Source: Elusimicrobiota bacterium
GTDB lineage: Bacteria; Elusimicrobiota; Elusimicrobia; UBA1565
Reading direction: 5' to 3'
Assembly: GCA_043819795.1 (NCBI GenBank)
Contig: JBDREN010000102.1
Span: forward strand, 1-58,812
Length of the DNA stretch: 58,812 nucleotides
The notes beneath the pieces are model-generated. The model did no database searches. It was not told the DNA's origin and worked only from the letters and a program-made list of their open reading frames with translations. A program made the position numbers and the translations under genes. Shown piece by piece: positions 1-15,243 of this stretch. Numbering within the stretch: the first letter of the stretch is position 1; every line of letters begins with the position of its first letter.

Positions 1-4075
<4,075 letters not shown>

Positions 4076-4172
4076 TGTCAACCCTCCTCTCCTCGAAACG
4101 ATGGATGACTGATCGCCCGATCGTTAACGTGCCGACGGGGATTTCCGATAGTAAAATCCGACTCCACACTTA

Positions 4173-4200
4173 AGTATAGTCCTCCGCCCGCGGTTGTCAA
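4173..4200 (-). promoter_or_regulatory. Sigma70-type promoter for the large surface protein
   Basis: Minus strand TTGACA-N16-TATACT about 100 bp upstream of the ATG. Confidence 0.6.
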
Positions 4201-4479
4201 TGCCGATTTGGTCACATTGTCGCCCCCGTTTTGAGGTGTCGATTCTCCGGCACTTCTCCAAGTTTCAGGCCGTCGGACATATTGAGCGTGCGTCGTCGAG
4301 AGACCGCCCGGTCCTCGCCGAGGAATCGCAATGATCTTCGCCGGATCAAACAGGACCGGCTTCGCGCGCCGGCGCCCCCGACGCTTTTCTCGGCAGTCCG
4401 GTCAGCGCCGCAGCACCGGCATATCCCGCGACGGATATCAGGCCCCCGGGAGCGGGTCCAGGATGTATTCCAGAAGCAC

Positions 4480-4757
4480 GGCAGGGGCGCCGCGGCTCCC
4501 GGCAGTCGGAAGGCGGCCACGTTCGTCCCGCCCCTCATCCTAAAGTGGCAGGCGGCCTCGTCGCCGGCCAGGCGCCTGCCCACGCTCGCGGCGCAGCCCT
4601 TGAGCAGGGCCTCGATCTCGGCGGCGTCCGAGAACCGCGCGTCCACGCTCTCGAAGCGGTCGCGCCTCTGCGGATAGACTCGTCCGGGTCCGTTGACGTA
4701 GATCCGGCATGCGGCCGGCCTCTCGAGCAGGCTCGAGATGGTCGCCAGCCAGTCCGC
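4480..4757 (-). pseudogene. Fragment resembling the N-terminal domain of a CpaF/TadA (VirB11-type) pilus ATPase
   Basis: Translation LATISSLLERPAACRIYVNGPGRVY..RDRFESVDARFSD..IEALLKGCAASVGRRL resembles the CpaF LEPLL..EIMVNGP..VYVER..F..L..I...VGRR pattern. No start codon before it and no Walker A after it. Confidence 0.55.
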
Positions 4758-5974
4758 TAATCCTTGGCCCAGCCCTTGAGCTTCCCTTGGGCGTTGGTCG
4801 GCGTGTTCGCGCTCTCGTTGGCCGGGCCTTGGTTCTTTCCCGGATTCTCGACCGGCGGCGGGGGGGGCGGGTCGTCCGCGGGCGGCAGCAGGCTCGGGTC
4901 GAATACCTCCGCGCTGGTGCCCACACCGAAGCCTCCCGCCATCACGATCCGGCCGTCGAGGAGGAGCGTGGCTGTGAAGCGGACCCTCGCCCGCGTCATG
5001 GGAGCGATCGGCAGCCAGGTCCCCGTCGACGGATAGTAGATCTCCGCGCTGGCCAGGAAGGTCGATGTGCAGCAGGGACCGGGCTCACGGTAGGAACCTC
5101 CCGCCGCGAGGATCCGACCGTCGGGGAGCGGCATCAACGCGTGGAAGTATTTCGCTTCTGACATGCCGCGGGCCGGGGTCCAGCTCCCCGTCTCGGGATC
5201 GAAGATCTCCGCGCTGGCGAGGGTCGGAGAAGGGCCTTTGCCCAGCCCGCCCGCGACCAGGACCCGGCCGTCCTCGAGAAGGACGGCGCCGGCGGCGTAC
5301 CTGGCGGTATTCATACTTTCGATCGGCGTCCATTCATCCGTCGCGGGGTCGTAAATCTCGGCGTCGGACATCGATTCCTTCGCGTTCCAGCCTCCGGCGA
5401 CGAGCGCTCTGCCGTCGGCCAGCACCACCGCGGCGGGGAACTGCCTCTCCTCGTTCATGGGCGCGGCCGCCGTCCATGTTTCGGTCGCGGGGTCGAAGAT
5501 GTCCACGCTGCCGCGCGCATCCCCGATGACGCCCCCGCACACCAGCACCCTGCCGTCGAGGAGAAGCACGGCGAAGTGCTCCACCCGCGGGGCAGACATC
5601 GTTCCCGCCCAGGTCCAAAGCCCCGTTTCAGGGTCGTAGAGATCGGCGTCGTCTCTGATCGTGTAGCCGGCGCCTCCGCCCCCGGTCGCCAGGACCCTCC
5701 CGTCCGGAAGGCGCGTGGCGGTCCCACCATCTCTTCTCGCGGACAGGTCTCCGGTGCGGGCCCACGAATCGGTGGCAGGGTCGTAGAGCTCCGCGGTCGG
5801 CCCCGAGTAATAGCCTCCCACGGCGAGGACCATCCCGTTGTCGAGCAGGACCGCGGAATGGTAGGTTCTAGCGACGGCCATGGGTCCCGTCGGGGTCCAG
5901 AGGGCATCCTCGGCCTTCGCCGAGGCGGCCAACGCGACCAGACAACAGAAAGCGCCCGTAATCACTCTCTTCAT
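4757..5974 (-). CDS. Secreted Kelch-repeat (galactose oxidase-like beta-propeller) protein
   Basis: Signal peptide; about 7 repeats of R..H.A.LL.DGRVLV.GG...AEIYDP.TG.W; Pro-rich C-terminal tail. Confidence 0.9.
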   Translation of the reverse strand: MKRVITGAFCCLVALAASAKAEDALWTPTGPMAVARTYHSAVLLDNGMVLAVGGYYSGPTAELYDPATDSWARTGDLSARRDGGTATRLPDGRVLATGGGGAGYTIRDDADLYDPETGLWTWAGTMSAPRVEHFAVLLLDGRVLVCGGVIGDARGSVDIFDPATETWTAAAPMNEERQFPAAVVLADGRALVAGGWNAKESMSDAEIYDPATDEWTPIESMNTARYAAGAVLLEDGRVLVAGGLGKGPSPTLASAEIFDPETGSWTPARGMSEAKYFHALMPLPDGRILAAGGSYREPGPCCTSTFLASAEIYYPSTGTWLPIAPMTRARVRFTATLLLDGRIVMAGGFGVGTSAEVFDPSLLPPADDPPPPPPVENPGKNQGPANESANTPTNAQGKLKGWAKD

Positions 5975-5998
5975 CGTTTCCCTCCAGACGGCGGCGGC

Positions 5999-7099
5999 CT
6001 ATTTCCCCCAGCCTTTCTTGTTGCCCTTGTCGAAGCCGGGGGGGACGCCGCCTTCCCAGCCCGCCTTCCCGCCCTTGTCGGAGCCGGGAGAAGGCGCCTC
6101 CGCCCCCGGAGGCAGCTCGGGAGCGGGCGGCGGACTCCCGCCCCCCATGTATTCGTACGCGCCCATGTCCACCACCGCCAGATCGTCGCCGTCGCCGTCG
6201 AAAATCCTGGGATTGCCGTCGGCATCGAGCTCCGGAAGGCCCGGGGCGTCGTTCGTCCCGGCGTCTATGCAGGGCGAGCCCATCCCCAAGCGGTAATCGC
6301 CGGCCTCCGGGTCGACGAACATGGGATTGGCGGATATGTTGTCGGACAGAGTGGAGGAGGATGAGCCGTCGTCGTTGATGTCTCGCTGATCGGCCATGAG
6401 GTCGTTGTGGATTATCGTCGGGAAGGAGCCGTTGATGTTCCTGACGGCATGCCGGCCGTTGTCGACGATGATGTTGTTGGCGATGATCGGGGAGGCGGCG
6501 CCGTTGTAGATGCCGTCATACGTCATGCCGGTGACGGTGTTGTTGATTATGGTCACGGACCCGTAGGAGCTGGCGATCCCGGTATCGCAATCGGTGACGA
6601 TATTGTGGACTATCAACGCATCGCTCCGGTTGCTGATGATGCCGCTCCCCGTGCCGGCGACGACGTTGTCGGCGATGGTCGCGGAACCGTAGTAGTTGTA
6701 GACGCCCCACTGCCCATTGCCGAGGATGATGTTGTCGGTTATCGTCGGCGAGGAGCCCCAGTTGAATACGGCGCCGGCGATCGTGAAGCCTGTGATGGCG
6801 CCGTCGTCCGCTCCGAACAGCGTTGCGGGGTACCCCCATCTGTCGATCAGGCTCCCGTCGCCTTCGATGGTCGTCACATCGGCGCCCGATCCCCGGAGGA
6901 TGACTCCCGGCTTCAGAGTGACGCTCTCGACATAGGCGCCAGGCGCGACCAGGATCGTGTCGCCGGGCAGGGCCGCGTCCACCGCCCCCTGGATCGTCGG
7001 GTATCCGGCCGGGACGTGCAACGTGTCCGCGAAGGCGGACCCCGCCAAAATCGCTGCGGCTCCCGCGGTCAAAACCGATCCTTTGAATGTCTTGGTCAT
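5999..7099 (-). CDS. Secreted right-handed parallel beta-helix (NosD/pectin-lyase-like) protein
   Basis: ATG 7099 after GGAGG; signal peptide; VPAGYPTIQGAVDAA..GDTILVAPGAY, SPTITDNII repeats, NPMFVD...DYRL..GSPCIDAG...DMGAYE. Confidence 0.88.
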   Translation of the reverse strand: MTKTFKGSVLTAGAAAILAGSAFADTLHVPAGYPTIQGAVDAALPGDTILVAPGAYVESVTLKPGVILRGSGADVTTIEGDGSLIDRWGYPATLFGADDGAITGFTIAGAVFNWGSSPTITDNIILGNGQWGVYNYYGSATIADNVVAGTGSGIISNRSDALIVHNIVTDCDTGIASSYGSVTIINNTVTGMTYDGIYNGAASPIIANNIIVDNGRHAVRNINGSFPTIIHNDLMADQRDINDDGSSSSTLSDNISANPMFVDPEAGDYRLGMGSPCIDAGTNDAPGLPELDADGNPRIFDGDGDDLAVVDMGAYEYMGGGSPPPAPELPPGAEAPSPGSDKGGKAGWEGGVPPGFDKGNKKGWGK

Positions 7100-7182
7100 C
7101 GTCTGCCTCCGCGCTTCCTTGCGGTTTTGCCGCCGCCTCGCCATCCCGAAGGAGACCCCATGCGGCGGTCCGTTCTGGGGAT

Positions 7183-7273
7183 AGTGTATGGGAGCGGCGC
7201 TGTCTTTTCAAGGACAGGCGCTGACAATCGTGCGGAAAAAACATTACAGGAAAAGCATTGCTTTCTTGGTCAG
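7183..7273 (-). promoter_or_regulatory. Promoter TTGAAA-N17-TACACT with upstream CTGAC...GTCAG inverted site (copy 1)
   Basis: Shares TCAAGGACAGGCGCTGACA with 9040-9058 and GCGCTGTCTTTTCAA with 45119-45133. Confidence 0.65.
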
Positions 7274-7412
7274 CAGAAACGGGCGCCTGCTTCCGGATCA
7301 AGCCCCCCTTCAGCTTTCGTCGCGGGGGCGACCGCGTTGCGCGTTCGCCCGAAGGCAACGCCGCCCGCGGCCAGGGTGCCGCGGACGGCCCGGATCGTTG
7401 CTGCGCGCGGCG

Positions 7413-9005
<1,593 letters not shown>

Positions 9006-9014
9006 CTACATAAT

Positions 9015-9106
9015 TGTATAGCCCCGGGTCGTTGACAAGTCAAGGACAGGCGCTGACATTCATATAAGAAAAACGCATATAATACAATCGCTTTATTTTC
9101 TGTCAG
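9015..9106 (-). promoter_or_regulatory. Promoter TTGACT-N17-TATACA with upstream CTGAC...GTCAG inverted site (copy 2)
   Basis: Same layout as 7183-7273 and 45103-45198, with an AT-rich spacer. Confidence 0.65.
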
Positions 9107-9218
9107 GAATACTGCAAGGCCGGCCGAGGGTAGGACTACAGTAAACCCATTACTGCCCGTCGATTACCTGAAGCTCTTGGGGTCTCTGAGGCGGGTTCGC
9201 TCGTCGGAGCGGGATGGG

Positions 9219-9689
9219 TCACCCCATGACCAGCCGGACCCCGCCCAAAGACGCGATCCTGTGGGGGAAGCGGTCGCCGGGCGTGCCGATGAACATGTAG
9301 TTCTTGGGCACGTTCAGCCTGCGCGAGAGCCGCTCGATGAGCTCCGGGCCGAACTTACCCTTGACCGTGAGGAAGTCGATGCGTAGCCGCGGGTAGAGAT
9401 GGTCCACGGTGCTCAGGTGCTCGGCGAGCTTGGGGGGGATGTCCGACAGGATGGAGAGCGCGGAGACGTACAGGCAGCTCGAGGTGATGTCGTTTCCGCA
9501 GATAGCGGTCGCCCGCCACTGGCCGAGCTTCTTGGCGTGGGCTTGCCCGACGCCCAGCTCCCGCACCTTGACCGGCGAGCGGCCGATGTCCTTGATCCTG
9601 CGGGATTTGCCCCAGCCGGCGAAGTCCCAGGACTCCTCCGGGGCGCCCGAGCCGTTCGACTCCGAACGCGCTTTCTCTTCTATGCTCAC
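9219..9689 (-). pseudogene. APC-family amino acid permease with a large in-frame internal deletion
   Basis: N-terminal motif LGQWRATAICGNDITSSCLYVSAL is joined directly to the soluble C-tail YPRLRIDF..GKFGPELIE..NYMFIGTPGDRFP..LGGVRLV. The multi-TM core is missing. Confidence 0.7.
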
Positions 9690-9759
9690 GAGGCTATATC
9701 ATACACGGATGGCGGGAGAAATCCGCGCGTTTCGGCCGGCTGCGCGGCGGGGACGACGC

Positions 9760-10446
9760 CTACAAAGGCTCGTGGGGGGTGACGATGTCGCCGGTCAGCG
9801 CGTAGCCGTGGCCGTCGAGCTGGAACTCCAGGGCCTCCTGGAAGGTCCAGTCGTCGACCTTCATGTCGGTTAGCTCAGCCCCTTCGGCCACCATCGCGGC
9901 GGTCTCCCAGGAGTACCCTTCCTCGTCGAACTCCCATTCCGAGCGGAGGTATCCCGGCGTCATCTTGCCCTCTTTCGTCGGGAACGCGCCGCTCACGCCC
10001 GCGGCCCTAAAGGAGTATACGGTGAAGGCTCTTGCTCCGTCGCCGCGCGACAAGGGGCGCATCCCCTCTATCGCGCACTCGTGAAAGCGGAAGGTCGGGC
10101 CGCTCAGTCCCTCCGGATACGAGTCCTGCATGATGGTTTGAAGGATGATCTGTAGGGAGGTGTTGTTGTCCATATGTTTGTCCAGCAGCTCGCTGCTCGA
10201 GTGGACGAGGATCTCCCCGATCACGTGCAGACGTTTCTGGAGCAGGCCTGTCCCCTCTTTCTTGCCGTCTCCCCGCACGTCCCGCCTGTCTTTGTAGACC
10301 TTGTAGGTGAAGCCCTTCAGCCCGTGGATCTTCTCACCGTCGAACATGATCTCCGTCTTGTTCGCCGCCAAGACCGCGGCGTGAGCGGCGGCCGCGCAGA
10401 ACGCCATCACAGATATCAAGCCCAGCCCCAGAATCGTTCTATTCAT
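9760..10446 (-). CDS. Secreted hypothetical protein, possible phage tail-tube-like domain plus acidic C-terminus
   Basis: Signal peptide MNRTILGLGLISVMAFCAAAAHA; beta-strand-rich body. Product call is inference. Confidence 0.75.
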   Translation of the reverse strand: MNRTILGLGLISVMAFCAAAAHAAVLAANKTEIMFDGEKIHGLKGFTYKVYKDRRDVRGDGKKEGTGLLQKRLHVIGEILVHSSSELLDKHMDNNTSLQIILQTIMQDSYPEGLSGPTFRFHECAIEGMRPLSRGDGARAFTVYSFRAAGVSGAFPTKEGKMTPGYLRSEWEFDEEGYSWETAAMVAEGAELTDMKVDDWTFQEALEFQLDGHGYALTGDIVTPHEPL

Positions 10447-10526
10447 CTTTCTCTCCATCCCTCCCGTGGCGCTTGCGCCATCAAGAGATATTGTCCTCTT
10501 TCCGGCTCTTCACATAAACGGTTCTT

Positions 10527-11840
10527 CTACCTGGGCAGCGTGTCCCAGAGCTTCTTGCGGGTGTTGAAGTCCACCTCCGCCTGCCCGACCGCATAGCGGC
10601 TCGGATCGGACTTGATCGGGATCTCGAGGGTGAGGATCGCCCCCTGCGGGAGAAGGTCGTCCTGGCCGGCGACGCCCTCGGGAAGCGCCGGAATCTCGCC
10701 GTGGAAGCTTATCTTGTTGGCGCCCACCCAGTGGATCTTCATCTGGGAGACGCTTAGAGCCATGTTGGGCTCCGGCCGTCCTTCCCCGGCCGCGGCCGCG
10801 CCGACCACGACGGTATCCGGCGCGGAATCCAGCTCGCCGTCGTTGACCACCAACAGGTAGTAATGGATCCCGACATCCGCTTTCGTGTAGCTCAATCCGG
10901 GCGTCGGGTCGGTGGCGACGATCTCCTCCTCCTCCAATATCCCGTCGTTGTCCAGGTCCTCGTACCACTTGTATGAGAGCGGCTCGCTTTCGGGATCGGA
11001 AGACCCGGCGCCGTTGAGGGCGGCGGTCTCGGCGATCGTGATGGCCTGGTCGGAACCGGCGTCCGCGACCGGCCTGAGGTTCAAGACGGCGCTCTGCGCG
11101 ATCTCCTCGGCCGTCCGGGCGACGTTCGAGACCCGGACTTCGTCGATGGCGCCGTTGAACCAGTAATAGTGGAAGGGGCTCCCCTCATACATGGTCCCGA
11201 TCACCAACTCGTTGCTCGTCGTGAGCAGGGTCGCTATCGAAGTGGTCTTGCTGTTCTCCAGGGCGCCGTTCACGTAGATCGAGAGCGTGTTGCCGTCCTT
11301 CGTCGCCGCGACATGGTACCACTGGCCCGTCTGCAGGCCGGAAGTGGATTCCAAGGAATCGGCGCCGCTTCCGTCGCCGATATACAGCGCGAACCTGCCG
11401 CTCGGTGCGAGCCAGAGCGCGTAGGGCCTGTTCCGCGCGCCTATTCTGTTATAGATGCCCTCCTTGATCACGATCGCGCGCAGGGCCCCGTCCAGGACGC
11501 CGATCTTTACCCAGGCCTCAATGGTGAACGAGCCGGTGATATCCAGGCTCGCCGAATCCTCAACCCGGACGTAGTCGTCGACGCCGTCGAAGGAAAGCGC
11601 CGATCCGAACACGCCCGTCGTCCAGGACGTCCCTCCGAGGATCGCCCCGTTGTTGCCGTTCGCGCTCTCGTCCGCGGCCGCGCCCCCGGAGCCCTCGTTG
11701 AAATGCCAGAGGCCGGCGGTATGCTGGTCGGGGATCATTACGCCGGCCTTGGCGCTTGCGGCGAAGGCCGCGGTCACCGCGATCGCGCTCACGACCAGGA
11801 AGCCGCAACGCGCCGCGTGAAAGACGTCGTTCTTTTTCAT
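10527..11840 (-). CDS. Secreted LamG (concanavalin-like) plus PKD/REJ domain protein
   Basis: ATG 11840 with [68 protein letters not shown]. Confidence 0.88.
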   Translation of the reverse strand: MKKNDVFHAARCGFLVVSAIAVTAAFAASAKAGVMIPDQHTAGLWHFNEGSGGAAADESANGNNGAILGGTSWTTGVFGSALSFDGVDDYVRVEDSASLDITGSFTIEAWVKIGVLDGALRAIVIKEGIYNRIGARNRPYALWLAPSGRFALYIGDGSGADSLESTSGLQTGQWYHVAATKDGNTLSIYVNGALENSKTTSIATLLTTSNELVIGTMYEGSPFHYYWFNGAIDEVRVSNVARTAEEIAQSAVLNLRPVADAGSDQAITIAETAALNGAGSSDPESEPLSYKWYEDLDNDGILEEEEIVATDPTPGLSYTKADVGIHYYLLVVNDGELDSAPDTVVVGAAAAGEGRPEPNMALSVSQMKIHWVGANKISFHGEIPALPEGVAGQDDLLPQGAILTLEIPIKSDPSRYAVGQAEVDFNTRKKLWDTLPR

Positions 11841-12070
11841 CGTATTCCTCCCACCGGAGTGTTCTCCTGCCGCCGCGCCGGCGCAGGTATCGTATGGGCG
11901 GACGGAGAAGAGGCGCCGCCCGCGGGGCGCGCGGATGGGTCGCTTTCTAATGTACCAAAGACGGCGGGGGTCAATCCAGGCGAAAATGGGGATTGACGCG
12001 TCCTTTTTTTGATAACATTTTAGGAGCAGAAGCAGTCTGGAGGACCAGCTTACCAGCAAGGAGATCAATC

Positions 12071-13027
12071 ATGCGCAAAAAGATCGCTCTTATCGGCGGG
12101 GGACAGATCGGGCAGATCCTCGCCATGTTGGCCGCCCAGAAGGAGATGGGCGATATCGTTGTCTTGGATATCCCCGAGTTCGAGGGCCCCGTCAAGGGGA
12201 AGGCTCTCGACCTGATGGAGATGGCCCCGCACGGCAACTACGACGCGAACATCATCGGCTCCAGCGACTATAAGGACATCGCCGGGGCGGATATCGTGAT
12301 CATCACCGCGGGCAAGCCGCGCATGCCGGGCATGACCCGGGACGACCTGCTGGACACCAACATCAAGATCATCTCCAAGGTCGCCGAAGGCGTGAAGAAG
12401 CACGCTCCCAACGCGTTCGTCATCGTGGTCACCAACCCGCTCGACGCGATGGTCTACGTCTTTCACAAGGTCTCCGGCTTCGCGAAGAACAAGGTCGTCG
12501 GCATGGCGGGTACGCTCGACACCGGCCGCTGGCGCGCCTTCGTGGCCATGGAGCTCGGAGTCTCCGTCGAGGACGTGGCCGGCACCGTCCTGGGAGGCCA
12601 CGGCCCGACCATGGTGCCCCTCCCGAGGCTTACGACCGTCGGCGGCGTGCCCTTGAACGAGATCATGGACGCGCAGACGATCGAGAAGATCTCCACCCGG
12701 ACGCGCGAGGCGGGCACGGAGATTGTGAAGCTGCTGGGCAAGGGCTCGGCCTTCTTCAGCCCGGCCTGGAGCGCTATCGTGATGGCCGAGTCCTTCCTCA
12801 AGGACAAGAAGCGGATCCTTCCCTGCGCGGCTCTCTGCGAGGGCGAGTACGGGATCGACGGCCTCTACATCGGGGTCAACGCCCGCATCGGCGCCGGCGG
12901 CATGGAGAAGATCTACGAGATCAAGCTCACCGACGACGAGAAGGCCCTGCTGGAGAAGACCATCGTCGCGGTCAAGAAGACCGTGGGCGAGTGCAAGGAT
13001 CGGCTCTCCGGGGCGGTCACCGCCTGA
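12071..13027 (+). CDS. mdh: Malate dehydrogenase (LDH-like type)
   Basis: IALIGGGQIG, ITAGKPRMPGMTRDDLL, VVTNPLD, GMAGTLD, GGHG motifs; AAGGAG RBS before ATG 12071. Confidence 0.93.
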   Translation: MRKKIALIGGGQIGQILAMLAAQKEMGDIVVLDIPEFEGPVKGKALDLMEMAPHGNYDANIIGSSDYKDIAGADIVIITAGKPRMPGMTRDDLLDTNIKIISKVAEGVKKHAPNAFVIVVTNPLDAMVYVFHKVSGFAKNKVVGMAGTLDTGRWRAFVAMELGVSVEDVAGTVLGGHGPTMVPLPRLTTVGGVPLNEIMDAQTIEKISTRTREAGTEIVKLLGKGSAFFSPAWSAIVMAESFLKDKKRILPCAALCEGEYGIDGLYIGVNARIGAGGMEKIYEIKLTDDEKALLEKTIVAVKKTVGECKDRLSGAVTA

Positions 13028-13046
13028 GACACTGATTCAAAAGACA

Positions 13047-13086
13047 GCCGGGGGAGGACCCAGGTCCTCCCCCGGCGCTTTATTTC
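13047..13086 (+). terminator. Intrinsic terminator after mdh
   Basis: GCCGGGGGAGGACC / GGTCCTCCCCCGGC stem followed by GCTTTATTT. Confidence 0.8.
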
Positions 13087-13123
13087 CGGCGCAGGGGATG
13101 GGCGCCGGCTCGCCGCGCTCCGG

Positions 13124-15094
13124 TCATTCGGTCTTGGACGGCTTGTCCAGGAAAGTGCGCAGCTCCCGGCGCAGATGGCGCTTGAAGGCTTTGCTCGCCG
13201 CGGAAGTGCCGATCCTCCCCAACGCCTCGGCGGCGCAGTAGCGAACGTCGGCGTGCCGGTCCTTCAGGGCGCGCCGGAGGTCCCGGACGGCGTTATCGGA
13301 GCCCCGGGTGACGTTCCCCAAGGCCAGCGCTGCGCTGGCCCGGACGCGCGGGCTCTCGTCTTTGAGCGCCTTCCTCAAAGCCGGTACGGCTTCGGCGGCC
13401 TCTTCTCCCAGGGTGCCGATCTCATCGGCCGCGCGGGAGCGGACCCGGGCGCTCCTGTCCTTGAGGGCTATGAGAAGCGACGGGAGCGCGTCGTGGGGGA
13501 CGACCGTGCCGTGGTCTTCAACGACCTCCAGCGGCGCCCGGACCTTTTCCGGGCGCCGCTGGAGCAGGCCCGCCGGCCGGTCCAGGAGGCTCTCCGAGGC
13601 GCCGAGGCCCTTGCGTCCGCGGTCCAGCCTCGACTCCGCGCCCTCTCTCTCGGTGGGGTGGAGCCGGGCCGCCGCCGTCGTTTCCTCCTCCGCTTTTTGG
13701 GGCGGGGCTTGGGGCCGGCGCAACGGCTCCTCGAAATCCGACAGGCGCAGCCGCCTTTCAAGCAGGGGCTTCGGAGTCTTCCGGTCCGGCGGGTCGTGCG
13801 AGACGGCCGGCGCCTCATCTTCCGGGCGCATGGGCGGGGCTTCAGGCCGGCGCAGCGGTTCCTCGGGGGCCGTCAGGCGCTCCCGTCTCGCCGGCAGAGC
13901 CTCTGGAATCTTCCGGCCCGGCGGGTCGTGCGAGGCGGCCGGCGCGTGATCCTCCTCCCGGCGTCGCGCGACTCCTTCGGGAGGGGGGAGCTTCTGTCCG
14001 CTGCCCGAGAGCAGGGAGTCGAGCTCCGCGACGCGGGCCTTGTTGGCCGCCTTCCGCTTCGCGAGAGCCGCGCGGGCCGCCTCCCTCTCCGGAAAGCCGT
14101 CAAGCTCTTCATCAGGGATCGGGTCCTCGTATATTTCGGGCTCATGCCCCCGCTCGGGGCGGGGTCTCCGTGTCCGCTCTATCCTCGACTCCTCGAATCG
14201 ATAGGGCTCGGGTTTCGCCGCGCTCGTCAATCGGGCCAGGACCTCCGCCGGGACCCCCGCCGCGGCCGGCACATCGAGGAGGCGGCAGCACTGGAGCCAG
14301 GGGATGTCGTGGGCCTTCAAGTCTCGGTACTCCCCGTACTTCGGGCCCTCGGTGGGCTGCATCTCCCTCCAGGGAAGGCGGCATTCGAAGGGCAGGCGTC
14401 TGCACTCGACCTCGCGCGGGGCCGGCACCTTGGAGGCGACGGCCGCCGCCGAGCCGGCCGGGCAGCAGAGTGCCACGCCGCCCTCCGGAAGCTTGCCGGG
14501 CTGCAGGCCGATCTCGCCGGGATCGGCGCCGATGCCCGTAACGACCGTCCCGGCCGGGCAGACCATCTTCCCGGCCCGCTTGTAGCGTATGTATTGGCAG
14601 CCGACATGGTCGATCTCCGTGCTGGAGATCGTACGGGCCAGGTCTTTGCTCGCGGACCCGAATCGGTCGACGGGCCAGAACCATGACTGGCATCCCTCGG
14701 GGGCCTCTTCGTCTTCCGGCATCTCGGAGGGGCGGGTCATCCAACCCAGGCTTCCCAGCCAATGGACCGCGCTCATGCGCACCCAAGGGCATTCTTCTTC
14801 GCGCGCGACGCGCCGGAGGGCGGGGGCGGCCGGCTCCCCGTAGGTCCCCAGCCGGTGGACGGCCGTCAGGCGCACCTGCCAGTCCGGGTCGTCGAGCGCC
14901 TTGCTGAGGCTCGGCAAGGCGGAGGGCCCCACGGCCGAAAGCTGGTTGACCGCGTAGATCCGGGCGGTCCAGTCGCCGGTCTCGAGCATTTCGTCGAGCG
15001 CCTGGAGGACTCCCTCCGGGGATTTGGCCCCGGAGACCCCGGCCAGGGCCGGCAGCAGCAGGACGGAAAGCAAAAGAACGCGCGGGCACGCCAT
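13124..15094 (-). CDS. Exported HEAT-repeat protein with a Cys-rich middle domain and charged repeats
   Basis: Signal-like N-terminus; HEAT/PBS repeats (LDDPDWQVRLTAV..LG; ALKDESPRVRASAALALG) at both ends. Start uncertain (15094 or 15130). Confidence 0.8.
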   Translation of the reverse strand: MACPRVLLLSVLLLPALAGVSGAKSPEGVLQALDEMLETGDWTARIYAVNQLSAVGPSALPSLSKALDDPDWQVRLTAVHRLGTYGEPAAPALRRVAREEECPWVRMSAVHWLGSLGWMTRPSEMPEDEEAPEGCQSWFWPVDRFGSASKDLARTISSTEIDHVGCQYIRYKRAGKMVCPAGTVVTGIGADPGEIGLQPGKLPEGGVALCCPAGSAAAVASKVPAPREVECRRLPFECRLPWREMQPTEGPKYGEYRDLKAHDIPWLQCCRLLDVPAAAGVPAEVLARLTSAAKPEPYRFEESRIERTRRPRPERGHEPEIYEDPIPDEELDGFPEREAARAALAKRKAANKARVAELDSLLSGSGQKLPPPEGVARRREEDHAPAASHDPPGRKIPEALPARRERLTAPEEPLRRPEAPPMRPEDEAPAVSHDPPDRKTPKPLLERRLRLSDFEEPLRRPQAPPQKAEEETTAAARLHPTEREGAESRLDRGRKGLGASESLLDRPAGLLQRRPEKVRAPLEVVEDHGTVVPHDALPSLLIALKDRSARVRSRAADEIGTLGEEAAEAVPALRKALKDESPRVRASAALALGNVTRGSDNAVRDLRRALKDRHADVRYCAAEALGRIGTSAASKAFKRHLRRELRTFLDKPSKTE

Positions 15095-15243
15095 CCTCCT
15101 AATTATGGGCCCGTTCCGGCAAGGATGCAAGGTGTCGTCGGCCCCCGATCTGTCGCCTTATTCGACGATAAACGTATATAATATACGGCGGCGTCGGCGC
15201 GCTTGACCGTGTGCCGGGGCCATGCCGTAGGAACGGGGCCCGG

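Noticed and set aside
4080..4170. Riboswitch (e.g. c-di-GMP) in the leaders of surface-protein genes, also 8920-9010
   Set aside because: No recognisable aptamer consensus by eye. An Rfam scan would be needed to exclude it.
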